64,000 nucleotides of DNA from Balneola sp. (lineage in GTDB: Bacteria; Bacteroidota; Rhodothermia; Balneolales; Balneolaceae), in assembly GCA_965215865.1 (NCBI GenBank), contig OZ244125.1, forward strand, positions 2,525,093-2,589,092. Reading direction: 5' to 3'. The notes beneath the pieces are model-generated. The model had not been told where the DNA came from. It was given only the letters and a program-made list of their open reading frames with translations, and ran no database searches. Positions 1-7,849 of this stretch are shown here, one piece after another. The stretch's first letter is position 1; each line of letters begins with the position of its first letter. The position numbers were made by a program, and so were the translations under genes.

Positions 1-507
1 TATATGGATGACTTTTCCTATTCAGGAATCATTGGGCTTTACAACGGAGGTGTTCCCACTTCTTATCTGGATCAACTTAATGTTGGTGGGTATTTAGATG
101 ATTTTTCCTACTCAGGAGTAATTGGTTTGTATAATGGTGGCGTTCCCAATGAGTTTCTTGCCCGAATGGAGGCCGGCGGTTACCTGGACGAATTTTCATA
201 CTCAGGATTGATAGGCTTATACAGTGGCGGTGTTAGTGTTGATTATCTGGACAGATTAAACGCGGCAGAACTGCTGAACGATTTCTCTTACTCTGCCATA
301 ATCGGACTCCAAAGCTCGGGCGTTACTACTGATTATATCATTCAATTAAAAGAAGCCGGTTTCCTGAACAACTTTTCTTATTCAGGGATCATTGGTTTAT
401 ACAACTCAGATGTCCCAGTAAGTTTCATACAGGAACTGGACAGCAGAAGTCTCCTCTTTGATATGAGTTATACCGATGTGATTCGTGCTTATGGAGATGG
501 GAATTAG
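1..507 (+). CDS. 3' portion of a tandem-repeat protein; the gene continues upstream of the window
   Basis: The frame is open from base 1, since codon 1-3 (TAT) precedes the listed ATG. There are 5.5 copies of a 30-aa (90-bp) unit with consensus DDFSYSG(I/L)IGLYNGGV-x3-(Y/F)L-x2-L-x3-G(Y/F)L. Stop at 505-507. Confidence 0.7.
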   Translation, partial: YMDDFSYSGIIGLYNGGVPTSYLDQLNVGGYLDDFSYSGVIGLYNGGVPNEFLARMEAGGYLDEFSYSGLIGLYSGGVSVDYLDRLNAAELLNDFSYSAIIGLQSSGVTTDYIIQLKEAGFLNNFSYSGIIGLYNSDVPVSFIQELDSRSLLFDMSYTDVIRAYGDGN

Positions 508-585
508 TCTCTCCGAGCCTGAAGGCTCTACTTGTTTAAAAGGAGCCCTTTCTATCGTCAGATAGAGACACACCTGATCCGCTAC

Positions 586-822
586 CTCCATTCATGAGCC
601 TAGCGAAGTGATCTCCTTTTATTTACTCTGAGTATCTTCAATAAACACTTGGCCCCCTTCGCCAGTTCTCTGACCCACCCTTGTTCTCTTCCTAACTTTA
701 TGGAGGGAGACTACAAAATCCACTCAGATATTAATTACAACGTCCCCTCACCTTGTTTTAGGGGAGGAGAGGTATGGGTTCTTACTTGTACTCAATACAA
801 TTAATCCGTTACTTCAACAAAA
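586..822. repeat. Dispersed ~200-bp intergenic element, copy A1, with two internal hairpins
   Basis: Aligns by eye with 2813-3010 and 3427-3582. Shared blocks are ccattca(t/c)gagc..gcgaagtgatctcc, ttctctgacccacccttgttc, ggagggagac..aaatccactcaga, and gggttc..acttgtac. Hairpins: cctaac..ggaggga and cccctcaccttgttttaggggagg. Confidence 0.8.
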
Positions 823-891
823 AAGAAAACTTGCGCCACTTAAACGCTAGGTCGTCAGGTTAATTAGAAAAACTATTCAAAAAACTTTTTA

Positions 892-1296
892 ATGAAGATT
901 TATTTTTCCGGTTCGATCAGAGGAGGAAGACAAGATGCAGAGCTATACAATCAGTTAATTGAAGAAATTAAAAAGTACGGAGATGTTTTAACTGAGCATG
1001 TCGGCTCTTCTGAAATCAGTCAAGAACCAACAGACCAAGAAATCCATGATCAGGATATGAAATGGTTGAATGAAGCTGATATTTTAATTGGTGAAGTGAC
1101 AACTCCTTCTCACGGCGTTGGGTATGAAATTGGTCGAGCTGTTGAATTGAACAAAAGAGTTTTTTGCTTATACCGGCAGCAAAAAAATAAATCTGTTTCA
1201 GCTATGATCAATGGCTCACCTTCAATTGAATGCTACGGGTATTCTACAATCAAAGAAGCCCAAAGTTTAATTAAGAAGATATTTTCCGGGATTTAA
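892..1296 (+). CDS. 2'-deoxynucleoside 5'-phosphate N-hydrolase (DNPH1/Rcl)-like, nucleoside 2-deoxyribosyltransferase superfamily
   Basis: 134 aa. IYFSGSIRGGRQD, VLTEHV, IHDQDMKWL, GVGYEIGRA and SAMI motifs are collinear with animal DNPH1 as I recall it. Confidence 0.75.
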   Translation: MKIYFSGSIRGGRQDAELYNQLIEEIKKYGDVLTEHVGSSEISQEPTDQEIHDQDMKWLNEADILIGEVTTPSHGVGYEIGRAVELNKRVFCLYRQQKNKSVSAMINGSPSIECYGYSTIKEAQSLIKKIFSGI

Positions 1297-1356
1297 ATTA
1301 CCAAACCTAAACTACTTATTGAAGGGTTACATCTCATCCATTTTCCGACTTAACCT

Positions 1357-1468
1357 CGTTCCCAAGCTCTGCTTGGGAATGCCCATCAGAAGCTCCTGCT
1401 TCCTATAAAAAATTAAAGCAAGTGAAGCAGAGCTTCAGCATTACATTCCGAACGGGACGTTCGGAATG
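1357..1468. repeat. Cluster of REP-like perfect hairpins
   Basis: Three hairpins: cgttcccaagc-tct-gcttgggaatg (1357-1381), gaagctcctgcttc...gaagcagagcttc (1390-1436), and cattccgaac-gggac-gttcggaatg (1444-1468). Confidence 0.75.
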
Positions 1469-1593
1469 AGAATTAACAATCGACCCTTCGCCTCATATGC
1501 CCCAACCATTATATTCAAATCTATATAACCGTAACAAAAAAAGCGTTCAGATCGTATTTATTTCTATGTCACATTTGAATTCAATAAATAACG

Positions 1594-2637
1594 ATGCGTT
1601 TAATTGCAGTCTCTTTCCTTTTCTTGTTAACTCCCCTGCTTGCTGTTTCTCAAATAACCAAAAACACTTATGTATGCCCTCCTTGTCCGGTACACGATAC
1701 TCTCACATTTGATCACGATGGTGAATGCCCCGTTTGCGGGATGAACCTGATACAAAAGAGAGATACTTCGGATATCAATAAAATTGACCTAAATACCGGA
1801 TCAGGCAACTTTATAGTAGATGGAGGAAGTTCCAACAATGATAAGATGATTACAGTTTTCTATCATAAACCAAAGAATTTCAGCGAACAATCTCCGGTAA
1901 TGATGGTAATACCGGGAGCAGGACGAAATGGTCACGACTACCGGGATGTCTGGGTTGAAGCATCCGAAGAGTATGGAATATTAATTTTGTCTCTTCATTA
2001 TCCGGAAAAATATTACCCTGAGTTTTGGAGCTATAATCTTGGAGGAATGATCACGGACGTAGAAATAAATAAAGAGCGTACCGCCATTTTAGGTTATGAG
2101 ATAAACAATGATCCTGAAGAATGGATCTGGGATGACTTCGATAGAATTTTTTCCAAAGTTAAAAATGAACTGCAATTAGACACAGAAACCTATGATATGT
2201 TCGGGCATTCAGCAGGAGGACAGATCTTGCATCGCATGACGCTTTTTAAGCCGGATAATAATGCAGGCAGAATTTTGGCATCAAATTCGGGTTGGTATAC
2301 CACTCCTTCCAGCTATGATAAATTTCCGTATGGTTTAAAAGGAGTTTCGACAACAGATAAACAATTCGAAAAAGCATTCAAAGCTAACCTTATCGTTTTT
2401 CTCGGAGAAAAAGATGATGAAAATGAAACCAGAGGCCACTTAGTTCGATCACCTGAAACAGACAAACAAGGAACACATAGGCTGGCGCGAGGCGAGTATT
2501 TTTATAATAAATCGAAAATCTATGCTGATAGTCTGGGAATCGAATTCAAATGGAAAATAAAACTAATCCCTGATATCGGCCATGATTATAAACGCATGAG
2601 TAAAGCAGCAGCAAAATATTTGTACGCTTTGAATTGA
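1594..2637 (+). CDS. Secreted alpha/beta hydrolase (esterase/depolymerase-like) with an N-terminal heavy-metal-binding (HMBD-type) Cys motif
   Basis: Signal peptide MRLIAVSFLFLLTPLLAVSQ. YVCPPCPVHD-x10-GECPVCGMNL resembles the YxCPMHP...CPxCGMxL metal-binding domain of Cus/Cop proteins. Nucleophile elbow GHSAGG; later D and H candidates (GEKDD, IGHDY). Confidence 0.75.
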   Translation: MRLIAVSFLFLLTPLLAVSQITKNTYVCPPCPVHDTLTFDHDGECPVCGMNLIQKRDTSDINKIDLNTGSGNFIVDGGSSNNDKMITVFYHKPKNFSEQSPVMMVIPGAGRNGHDYRDVWVEASEEYGILILSLHYPEKYYPEFWSYNLGGMITDVEINKERTAILGYEINNDPEEWIWDDFDRIFSKVKNELQLDTETYDMFGHSAGGQILHRMTLFKPDNNAGRILASNSGWYTTPSSYDKFPYGLKGVSTTDKQFEKAFKANLIVFLGEKDDENETRGHLVRSPETDKQGTHRLARGEYFYNKSKIYADSLGIEFKWKIKLIPDIGHDYKRMSKAAAKYLYALN

Positions 2638-2653
2638 TAGTGAGATTTAGAAC

Positions 2654-2690
2654 CTTCGCTTCAATTCTCTGACCCACCCTTGTTCCCTCA
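2654..2690. repeat. Partial copy (A4) of the dispersed element core
   Basis: cttcgcttcaattctctgacccacccttgttccctc matches the central block of A1 and A2. Confidence 0.6.
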
Positions 2691-2812
2691 AAACCTATCG
2701 CAAGCGTCCCGCTTGTGGAATTTAACCTCAATCCAAACGAGAAATAGATATTGTGCAGTTTACTGGCACATAAATCCCACAACATCCCTCTGATCTCACA
2801 CAAGTGTTCGAT

Positions 2813-3010
2813 CTCCATTCACGAGCTTTGCGAAGTGATCTCCTTTATTTATTTCTGAGTATTATCAACAAAAGTTTGAACTCTTCGACAATTCTCTGAC
2901 CCACCCTTGTTCCCTCCCTAACATCAGGGAGGGAGACTCCATAAATCCACTCAGAATTTAGTTAAAAAGTCCCCTTCCCTTGTTTAAGGGAAGGGACAGG
3001 GATGGGTTCG
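2813..3010. repeat. Dispersed ~200-bp intergenic element, copy A2
   Basis: See A1. Hairpins: ccctccctaacatcagggaggg and tccccttcccttgtttaagggaaggga. Confidence 0.8.
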
Positions 3011-3016
3011 CCAATT

Positions 3017-3385
3017 TTAAGAAATAGCTTCCGTTATCCTTTCAAAAACAAGCTCCTCATTAACAAGTTCTTCATTTTTAAACCTTATAACCTTCAATCC
3101 TAAGTTCTCAAGAACTACTGTTCTTTGCCGGTCATAATCTTTTTGATAATCATGCACTTTGCCATCAATTTCTACGATCAGCTTATGTTCTGCACAATAA
3201 AAGTCAGCGATATAAAAGTATCTTTTAGTTCCATACTGTGTGTGAACAAAGGGTTTTTGACGAATAAACCTTAATCCCTTGAATCTTCTTTTTCTTACGA
3301 GTTCCCAAAATAGTTTCTCTGAAGGAGTTGGATTTTTTCGAAGCTCTCTCGCCAGTTCTGTAATATTTTTTCTAGACAAGTCCAT
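3017..3385 (-). CDS. DUF559 (Vsr/endonuclease-like) domain protein
   Basis: RKNPTPSEKLFWELVRKRRF-x-G-x-RF-x-RQ, ADFYC, VEIDG and IRF-x-NEE are the typical DUF559 signature. I prefer the ATG at 3385 (MDLSRKN). The ORF track extends to 3475, but that extra leader is simply the translated repeat element A3. Confidence 0.8.
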   Translation of the reverse strand: MDLSRKNITELARELRKNPTPSEKLFWELVRKRRFKGLRFIRQKPFVHTQYGTKRYFYIADFYCAEHKLIVEIDGKVHDYQKDYDRQRTVVLENLGLKVIRFKNEELVNEELVFERITEAIS

Positions 3386-3426
3386 TGAAAACAATACAGA
3401 ATTCGAATTCAATTTTCTAGCTTGTT

Positions 3427-3582
3427 TTCTGACCCACTCTTGTTCTCTCCCTAACATCAGGCAGAGAGACTCCATAAATCCACTCAGAATTTAGTTAAAA
3501 GTCCCCTTCCCTTGACTAAGGGAAGGGACAGGGATGGGTTCGCACTTGTACCCGATTAAATTATTCAGTTAATTCGATTAAA
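3427..3582. repeat. Dispersed element copy A3 (right-hand ~150 bp only), forming the upstream leader of the DUF559 gene
   Basis: ttctgacccactcttgttctctccctaacatcaggcagagagactccataaatccactcagaatttagtt...gggaagggacagggatgggttcgcacttgtac is near-identical to A2. Confidence 0.8.
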
Positions 3583-3593
3583 ACACTTAGACC

Positions 3594-4082
3594 ATGAGAG
3601 TATTTATTTTTCTGTTGATTTTGCTTCCAGTTAATGGACTCACTCAAGAATTACCGGAATGGGCTAAACAAAGACTAGAAGCACATAAAAATATTTTTAA
3701 AGTTAATAACGACTTTAATCCTACTTTTTATGTTGCAGATTTTGATGGAGATGATATCCCTGATATTGCCATTGCTGTAAAGAATAAGTTGCGCGATAAT
3801 ATGTCTGGAGTAATTTTCTATCTAGGAAACCAAACACACTTTTTAGCTGGCGGTGCAAATGGTTTCGGAAATGCTGGTGGTGATTTTTCTTGGGTTGATG
3901 AGTGGAAGATTTTCGATAAGGAAAAAACGTATCGAATAACTTTCGAAGAAAATGGTGATATTAAAGGCGATGAAGAAGTTCTATTAATTAATCCCGCAAT
4001 AAGCATTCGGCAGAGTGAGGGTTCTGGTGGTCTTATTTACTTTAATGGTGAAAAATTTATCTGGATTCATCAAGGAGGTTAA
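3594..4082 (+). CDS. Secreted hypothetical protein with one FG-GAP/VCBS-like DxDGDxxxD motif
   Basis: Signal peptide MRVFIFLLILLPVNGLTQ. ADFDGDDIPDIAIAV motif. No recognisable catalytic motif. Confidence 0.6.
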   Translation: MRVFIFLLILLPVNGLTQELPEWAKQRLEAHKNIFKVNNDFNPTFYVADFDGDDIPDIAIAVKNKLRDNMSGVIFYLGNQTHFLAGGANGFGNAGGDFSWVDEWKIFDKEKTYRITFEENGDIKGDEEVLLINPAISIRQSEGSGGLIYFNGEKFIWIHQGG

Positions 4083-4256
4083 ACACAACTTCCTTTTGCC
4101 TATTAATTAATCGTGATATGCTAATTTTATTCCTTTCATTTATTCTGTCATTTAACTCCATTCAGAATGATACTTCTAGATTTGATTTATACGAAACCGG
4201 TTTGGCTAATCTCGACAATTCGAAAATTGAACATTTAGAAACGGCAATTGTTCTTC

Positions 4257-6050
4257 TCAACCCAAAGCTTCCCCGGCCAAATCTCTGAACTGTAGTTCAT
4301 ATAAATGGCTGTATAATCCGCCTTTGGCTAGTAGTTCGGTATGCGTTCCTTCTTCTACGATTTCGCCTTTATCCAGCACCAGAATTCGGTCTGCATTTTG
4401 GATGGTGGACAATCGGTGGGCGATCACAAATGTGGTTCTACCTTTCATCAATCGGTTTAAGGCTTCCTGAACTTGTGCTTCCGATTCGGAATCTAGTGAA
4501 GAAGTCGCTTCATCTAATAACAGAATTTCGGGGTTTTTTAAAATTGCACGGGCAATCGCCATTCGCTGTCGTTGTCCACCGCTTAGCTTCACTCCTTTTT
4601 CACCGATCAGTGAATCATATCCATCGGGATGTTCAATAATAAAATCATGGGCATTTGCATCTTCAGCAGCCTGAATGATCTCTTCATCTGTAGCATCCAG
4701 TTTCCCGTACTTCAAATTGTCCTTTATGGTGGTACTGAACAAGTGAACTTCCTGCGGGACAATGGATATATGCTCCCGAAATGATTTTACTTTCAGGTCG
4801 CTGATCGGAGTTCCATCAAGCTTTATCACTCCTTTTTCAACATCGTAAAATCTTGGGATCAGATTCAGCAAAGTCGTCTTTCCTGCCCCACTCGGTCCTA
4901 CTAATGCGATGGTCTCTCCTGCTTTTGCCTTAAAGCTGATATTCTTTAAAACCGGTCGCTCTTTTTCATATCGGAAACCAACTTCACTGAATTCCAATTC
5001 TCCTTCCACATCTGTTATTTCAATTGCATCCGGCTTATCATCGATTTCAGGAATTTCATCCAACAGTTCAAAAATCCGTTCAGAAGCTCCTGCTGCAGTA
5101 TTTACAGCCGTGTACAATCTGGAAGTCTGGCTAATGGATCGGGAAATATTCAGTGCATAAATGATGAAAGCCACCAAATCTCCGGCACTTAATCTCCCTT
5201 CAAGAACTTCTTTCCCACCGTACCAGAAAATCACTACTAATGTGCCCATGAACATGATTCCCACTCCGCTCCAGAACAATTGAGTAAGCACTACTTTCTT
5301 TCGGACGGTTCCGAACAATTTCTCAATAGAATCAGAGTATCGGGTTACTTCATAAGTTTCCCGAACAAAAGCTTTTACCAATCGAACAGCTCCAAGTGCA
5401 TCTTCGGCAACAGCAGTGGAATCCGCCAATTCATCCTGAATTCCTCGTGACAGTTTTCTGATCTTCTGCCCGAAATAGCGAGTAGCAATAGTCACAAATG
5501 GAACGGTTACGAAGATCACCGCACTCAGTCTCCAGTTCAATGCAACCATCAACGAAACGGAACCGATCAGCGAAAAAGAGATCGTTAATAATTGTGGTAA
5601 TGAATCCGTCAATGCCGTTCTGATGGAACCTACGTCGTTTGTTAATCGTGAAGTGATCTCACCTAAGCGTCTCTCCGCAAAGAACTTAAATCCCAATCGG
5701 TGAAGATGCTCATATACTTTTTTCCGGAGATCGGTTACTACCCTTTCCCCAACCCATTCCAGAAAATAATTTCCGGTAAAACTGAACAGTGATTGAAGTA
5801 CAAACAGTCCTATCAAGCCAATGGCGAGTAAGTTGAGTAAACTGCCATCTCCTTTTTCGAAGACTGCATCCAGTAATTCTCTTAAACCCAACGGAACCGT
5901 GAGCCAGATTCCTGAAGCTAAAAGAACGACAACCGTAGCAAAATAGAATCTTCCTCTGTACGGTTTACTAAGCGTAAATATCTTGATCAGCGTATCCTTT
6001 AAGGAAGCAATGGAGTGATTTTTCTTTTGGTCTTCTTTTTTATCGGGCAT
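4257..6050 (-). CDS. ABC exporter, fused permease/ATPase (MsbA/MdlB type)
   Basis: 597 aa with a 6-TM N-terminal half. Walker A GPSGAGKTT, signature LSGGQRQR, Walker B ILLLDEATS, H-loop AHRLST. Confidence 0.9.
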   Translation of the reverse strand: MPDKKEDQKKNHSIASLKDTLIKIFTLSKPYRGRFYFATVVVLLASGIWLTVPLGLRELLDAVFEKGDGSLLNLLAIGLIGLFVLQSLFSFTGNYFLEWVGERVVTDLRKKVYEHLHRLGFKFFAERRLGEITSRLTNDVGSIRTALTDSLPQLLTISFSLIGSVSLMVALNWRLSAVIFVTVPFVTIATRYFGQKIRKLSRGIQDELADSTAVAEDALGAVRLVKAFVRETYEVTRYSDSIEKLFGTVRKKVVLTQLFWSGVGIMFMGTLVVIFWYGGKEVLEGRLSAGDLVAFIIYALNISRSISQTSRLYTAVNTAAGASERIFELLDEIPEIDDKPDAIEITDVEGELEFSEVGFRYEKERPVLKNISFKAKAGETIALVGPSGAGKTTLLNLIPRFYDVEKGVIKLDGTPISDLKVKSFREHISIVPQEVHLFSTTIKDNLKYGKLDATDEEIIQAAEDANAHDFIIEHPDGYDSLIGEKGVKLSGGQRQRMAIARAILKNPEILLLDEATSSLDSESEAQVQEALNRLMKGRTTFVIAHRLSTIQNADRILVLDKGEIVEEGTHTELLAKGGLYSHLYELQFRDLAGEALG

Positions 6051-6072
6051 GTTCTGCTTTTAAACAATCGTC

Positions 6073-6277
6073 ATTCCGAACTCGTTTCGGAATCTTGCGA
6101 AATGGCTTTCAATCTATTTCAATTTTAATACTCTGATAAGGACTTTACTGATGACCGGATAATGATTCCTTACAGAGATCCTGAAACAAGTTCAGGATGA
6201 CCTACCTCTCATCCCGATCCCGATTATTCGGGAGAAGGATCTGCACAACTATTCTCAATATATAAGTAATTGTGCAG
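6073..6277. repeat. Cluster of REP-like hairpins
   Basis: attccgaa-ctcgt-ttcggaat (6073-6093), atcctgaa-acaag-ttcaggat (6178-6198), cccga-ttat-tcggg (6219-6232), ctgcacaa-N21-ttgtgcag (6241-6277). Confidence 0.75.
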
Positions 6278-6408
6278 ATTCATCGCTACCGCTCTGAATG
6301 ACTCAATTGTATTTACTCACAAATAAATGCAAAATTAGTGCCAAGTAAACAAGATTTTTATCTCGCAATTTGGTATCTACTAAAGACAGTAAAATTCATC
6401 ACAAAGCT

Positions 6409-6903
6409 ATGGACAGTGAACTACTTACCTGGATCTTTTTAATTGGTGGAGTCATCCTGATGTTACTCGAATTTGTGATTCCGAGCGGTATGGCATTGAT
6501 CTTAGGCGCCAGCGGACTTTTGGTTTCACTTGCCCGTTTTCTGGGTTTTTTTGACGACCCTATTACTGCAACTATGGCATGGATATTTACTTCCGCCGGA
6601 ATTTCTATTCTGGCAATGCCTTTCATCAGGAAATATTTAAAGGCAGAAACGTCTTATAAATTTGCGGATGAAGATTACGAAGCAATGGATCAGATCGTGG
6701 AAGTGGTCGAACCGTTAAATGAACATAACGATGAAGGCAGAATTCGTTTTCAGGGAATTTCATGGCAAGCCAGAACTTTGGAGGGAGAAGTTCCTGCAGG
6801 CACAAAAGTTAAGATCAAATATCGAGACAATACCACCTGGATCGTAGAACCCGTGGATCAGATTCAGGAACCAACCTCAGAAAAACTTAAAAATAAAAAT
6901 TAA
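6409..6903 (+). CDS. NfeD-family membrane protein (C-terminal OB-fold)
   Basis: Several N-terminal TM helices, then GRIRFQGISWQARTLEGEVPAGTKVKIKY, typical of the NfeD C-terminus. It sits directly upstream of the SPFH genes. ATG at 6409 is preferred over the TTG at 6370. Confidence 0.8.
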   Translation: MDSELLTWIFLIGGVILMLLEFVIPSGMALILGASGLLVSLARFLGFFDDPITATMAWIFTSAGISILAMPFIRKYLKAETSYKFADEDYEAMDQIVEVVEPLNEHNDEGRIRFQGISWQARTLEGEVPAGTKVKIKYRDNTTWIVEPVDQIQEPTSEKLKNKN

Positions 6904-6911
6904 AGGCTATT

Positions 6912-7847
6912 ATGTTTTGGACCAGTGTTCTTATCACATTAGTCGTTCTCTACTTTATACTCACCCGATTATTTATCATCGTGGAAATGAGAGAGGAAGT
7001 AATACAGGAACGACTTGGTAAATTCAAAAAGAACTTAAAACCGGGATTCCATTTTCTGGTTCCGTTTGTGGATCGTCCGGCTTACAGGCGTGAAATGCGT
7101 GAACAGGTACTAGATGTTCCAAGCCAAACTTGTATCACCAAAGACAATATTGAAGTGGCTGTTGATGGATTAGTGTACATTAAAGTGATGGATGCACACA
7201 AAGCCAGCTATGGAATCAATAATTATCAGGCGGCGGCTATAAATCTTGCTCAAACTACGATGCGTTCTGAAGTTGGTAAGATCACATTGGATGATACTTT
7301 TTCTGAGCGTGAAGCCATGAATGAAAACATAGTTCGGGAAATTGACAAAGCTGCAGGTCCATGGGGAATTAAAGTACTCCGATATGAGATCAAAAATATT
7401 CGCCCTTCCAATGAGATCGTGGACACTATGGAAAAGCAGATGGAAGCAGAACGTGAAAAACGAGCCGAGATCACTCATTCCGAAGGTTTTCGTCAAGCAA
7501 GGATCAATGAATCAGAAGGTGAGCAACGAAGTCAGATCCTGGTTTCAGAAGGCGCACGTCAACGCAGAATCAATGAAGCCAAAGGTAAAGCCAAAGAAAT
7601 TGAATTGATCGCCAATGCGACTGCAAACGGAATTCAAAGAATTGCTGAAGCTATGCAAAAGCCGGGAGGCGAACTTGCTGTTCGTACAAAATTGGTGGAG
7701 CAATATATCGAGCAGTTCGGTTCTATACTTAAAAATTCAAACGTTTCAGTACTACCTACAGAAACGGCGAATTTGAAAACTTTCTTTGAAGGGGTAAGTA
7801 AAGTGAGCGATCATACAAAGAGTAAAGAAATTAAAGGAGATAACTAG
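6912..7847 (+). CDS. SPFH/band-7 (stomatin/HflK-like) protein, paralog 1
   Basis: N-terminal TM helix. GFHFLVPFVDR, TKDN..V.VDG..Y.KV, GIKVLRYEIKNI, and a charged coiled-coil tail. Confidence 0.9.
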   Translation: MFWTSVLITLVVLYFILTRLFIIVEMREEVIQERLGKFKKNLKPGFHFLVPFVDRPAYRREMREQVLDVPSQTCITKDNIEVAVDGLVYIKVMDAHKASYGINNYQAAAINLAQTTMRSEVGKITLDDTFSEREAMNENIVREIDKAAGPWGIKVLRYEIKNIRPSNEIVDTMEKQMEAEREKRAEITHSEGFRQARINESEGEQRSQILVSEGARQRRINEAKGKAKEIELIANATANGIQRIAEAMQKPGGELAVRTKLVEQYIEQFGSILKNSNVSVLPTETANLKTFFEGVSKVSDHTKSKEIKGDN

Positions 7848-7849
7848 TC

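Noticed and set aside
406-591. 61-aa minus-strand ORF, and the 90-aa minus-strand ORF at 2546-2818; both begin at the same place in repeat element A
   Set aside because: They share only the first two codons, which are supplied by the repeat (tgaATGGAG), then diverge. They run antisense into the 3' ends of real genes and are most likely artefacts of the repeat.
1497-1712. 71-aa plus-strand ORF overlapping the start of the hydrolase gene
   Set aside because: It is out of frame with, and overlapped by, a well-supported CDS with a signal peptide, and it has no features of its own.
3386-3475. N-terminal 30-codon extension of the DUF559 ORF (MESLCLMLGREQEWV...)
   Set aside because: This stretch is the reverse complement of the dispersed repeat, and the same sequence occurs at gene-less copies. 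The internal ATG at 3385 gives a typical DUF559 length.
4118-4288. Unlisted 56-codon ORF (MLILFLSFILSF...) in the 3594-4082 / 4257-6050 convergent spacer
   Set aside because: It is short and overlaps the 3' end of the ABC exporter on the opposite strand. It could be a remnant of a signal-peptide-bearing gene, but there is no supporting evidence.
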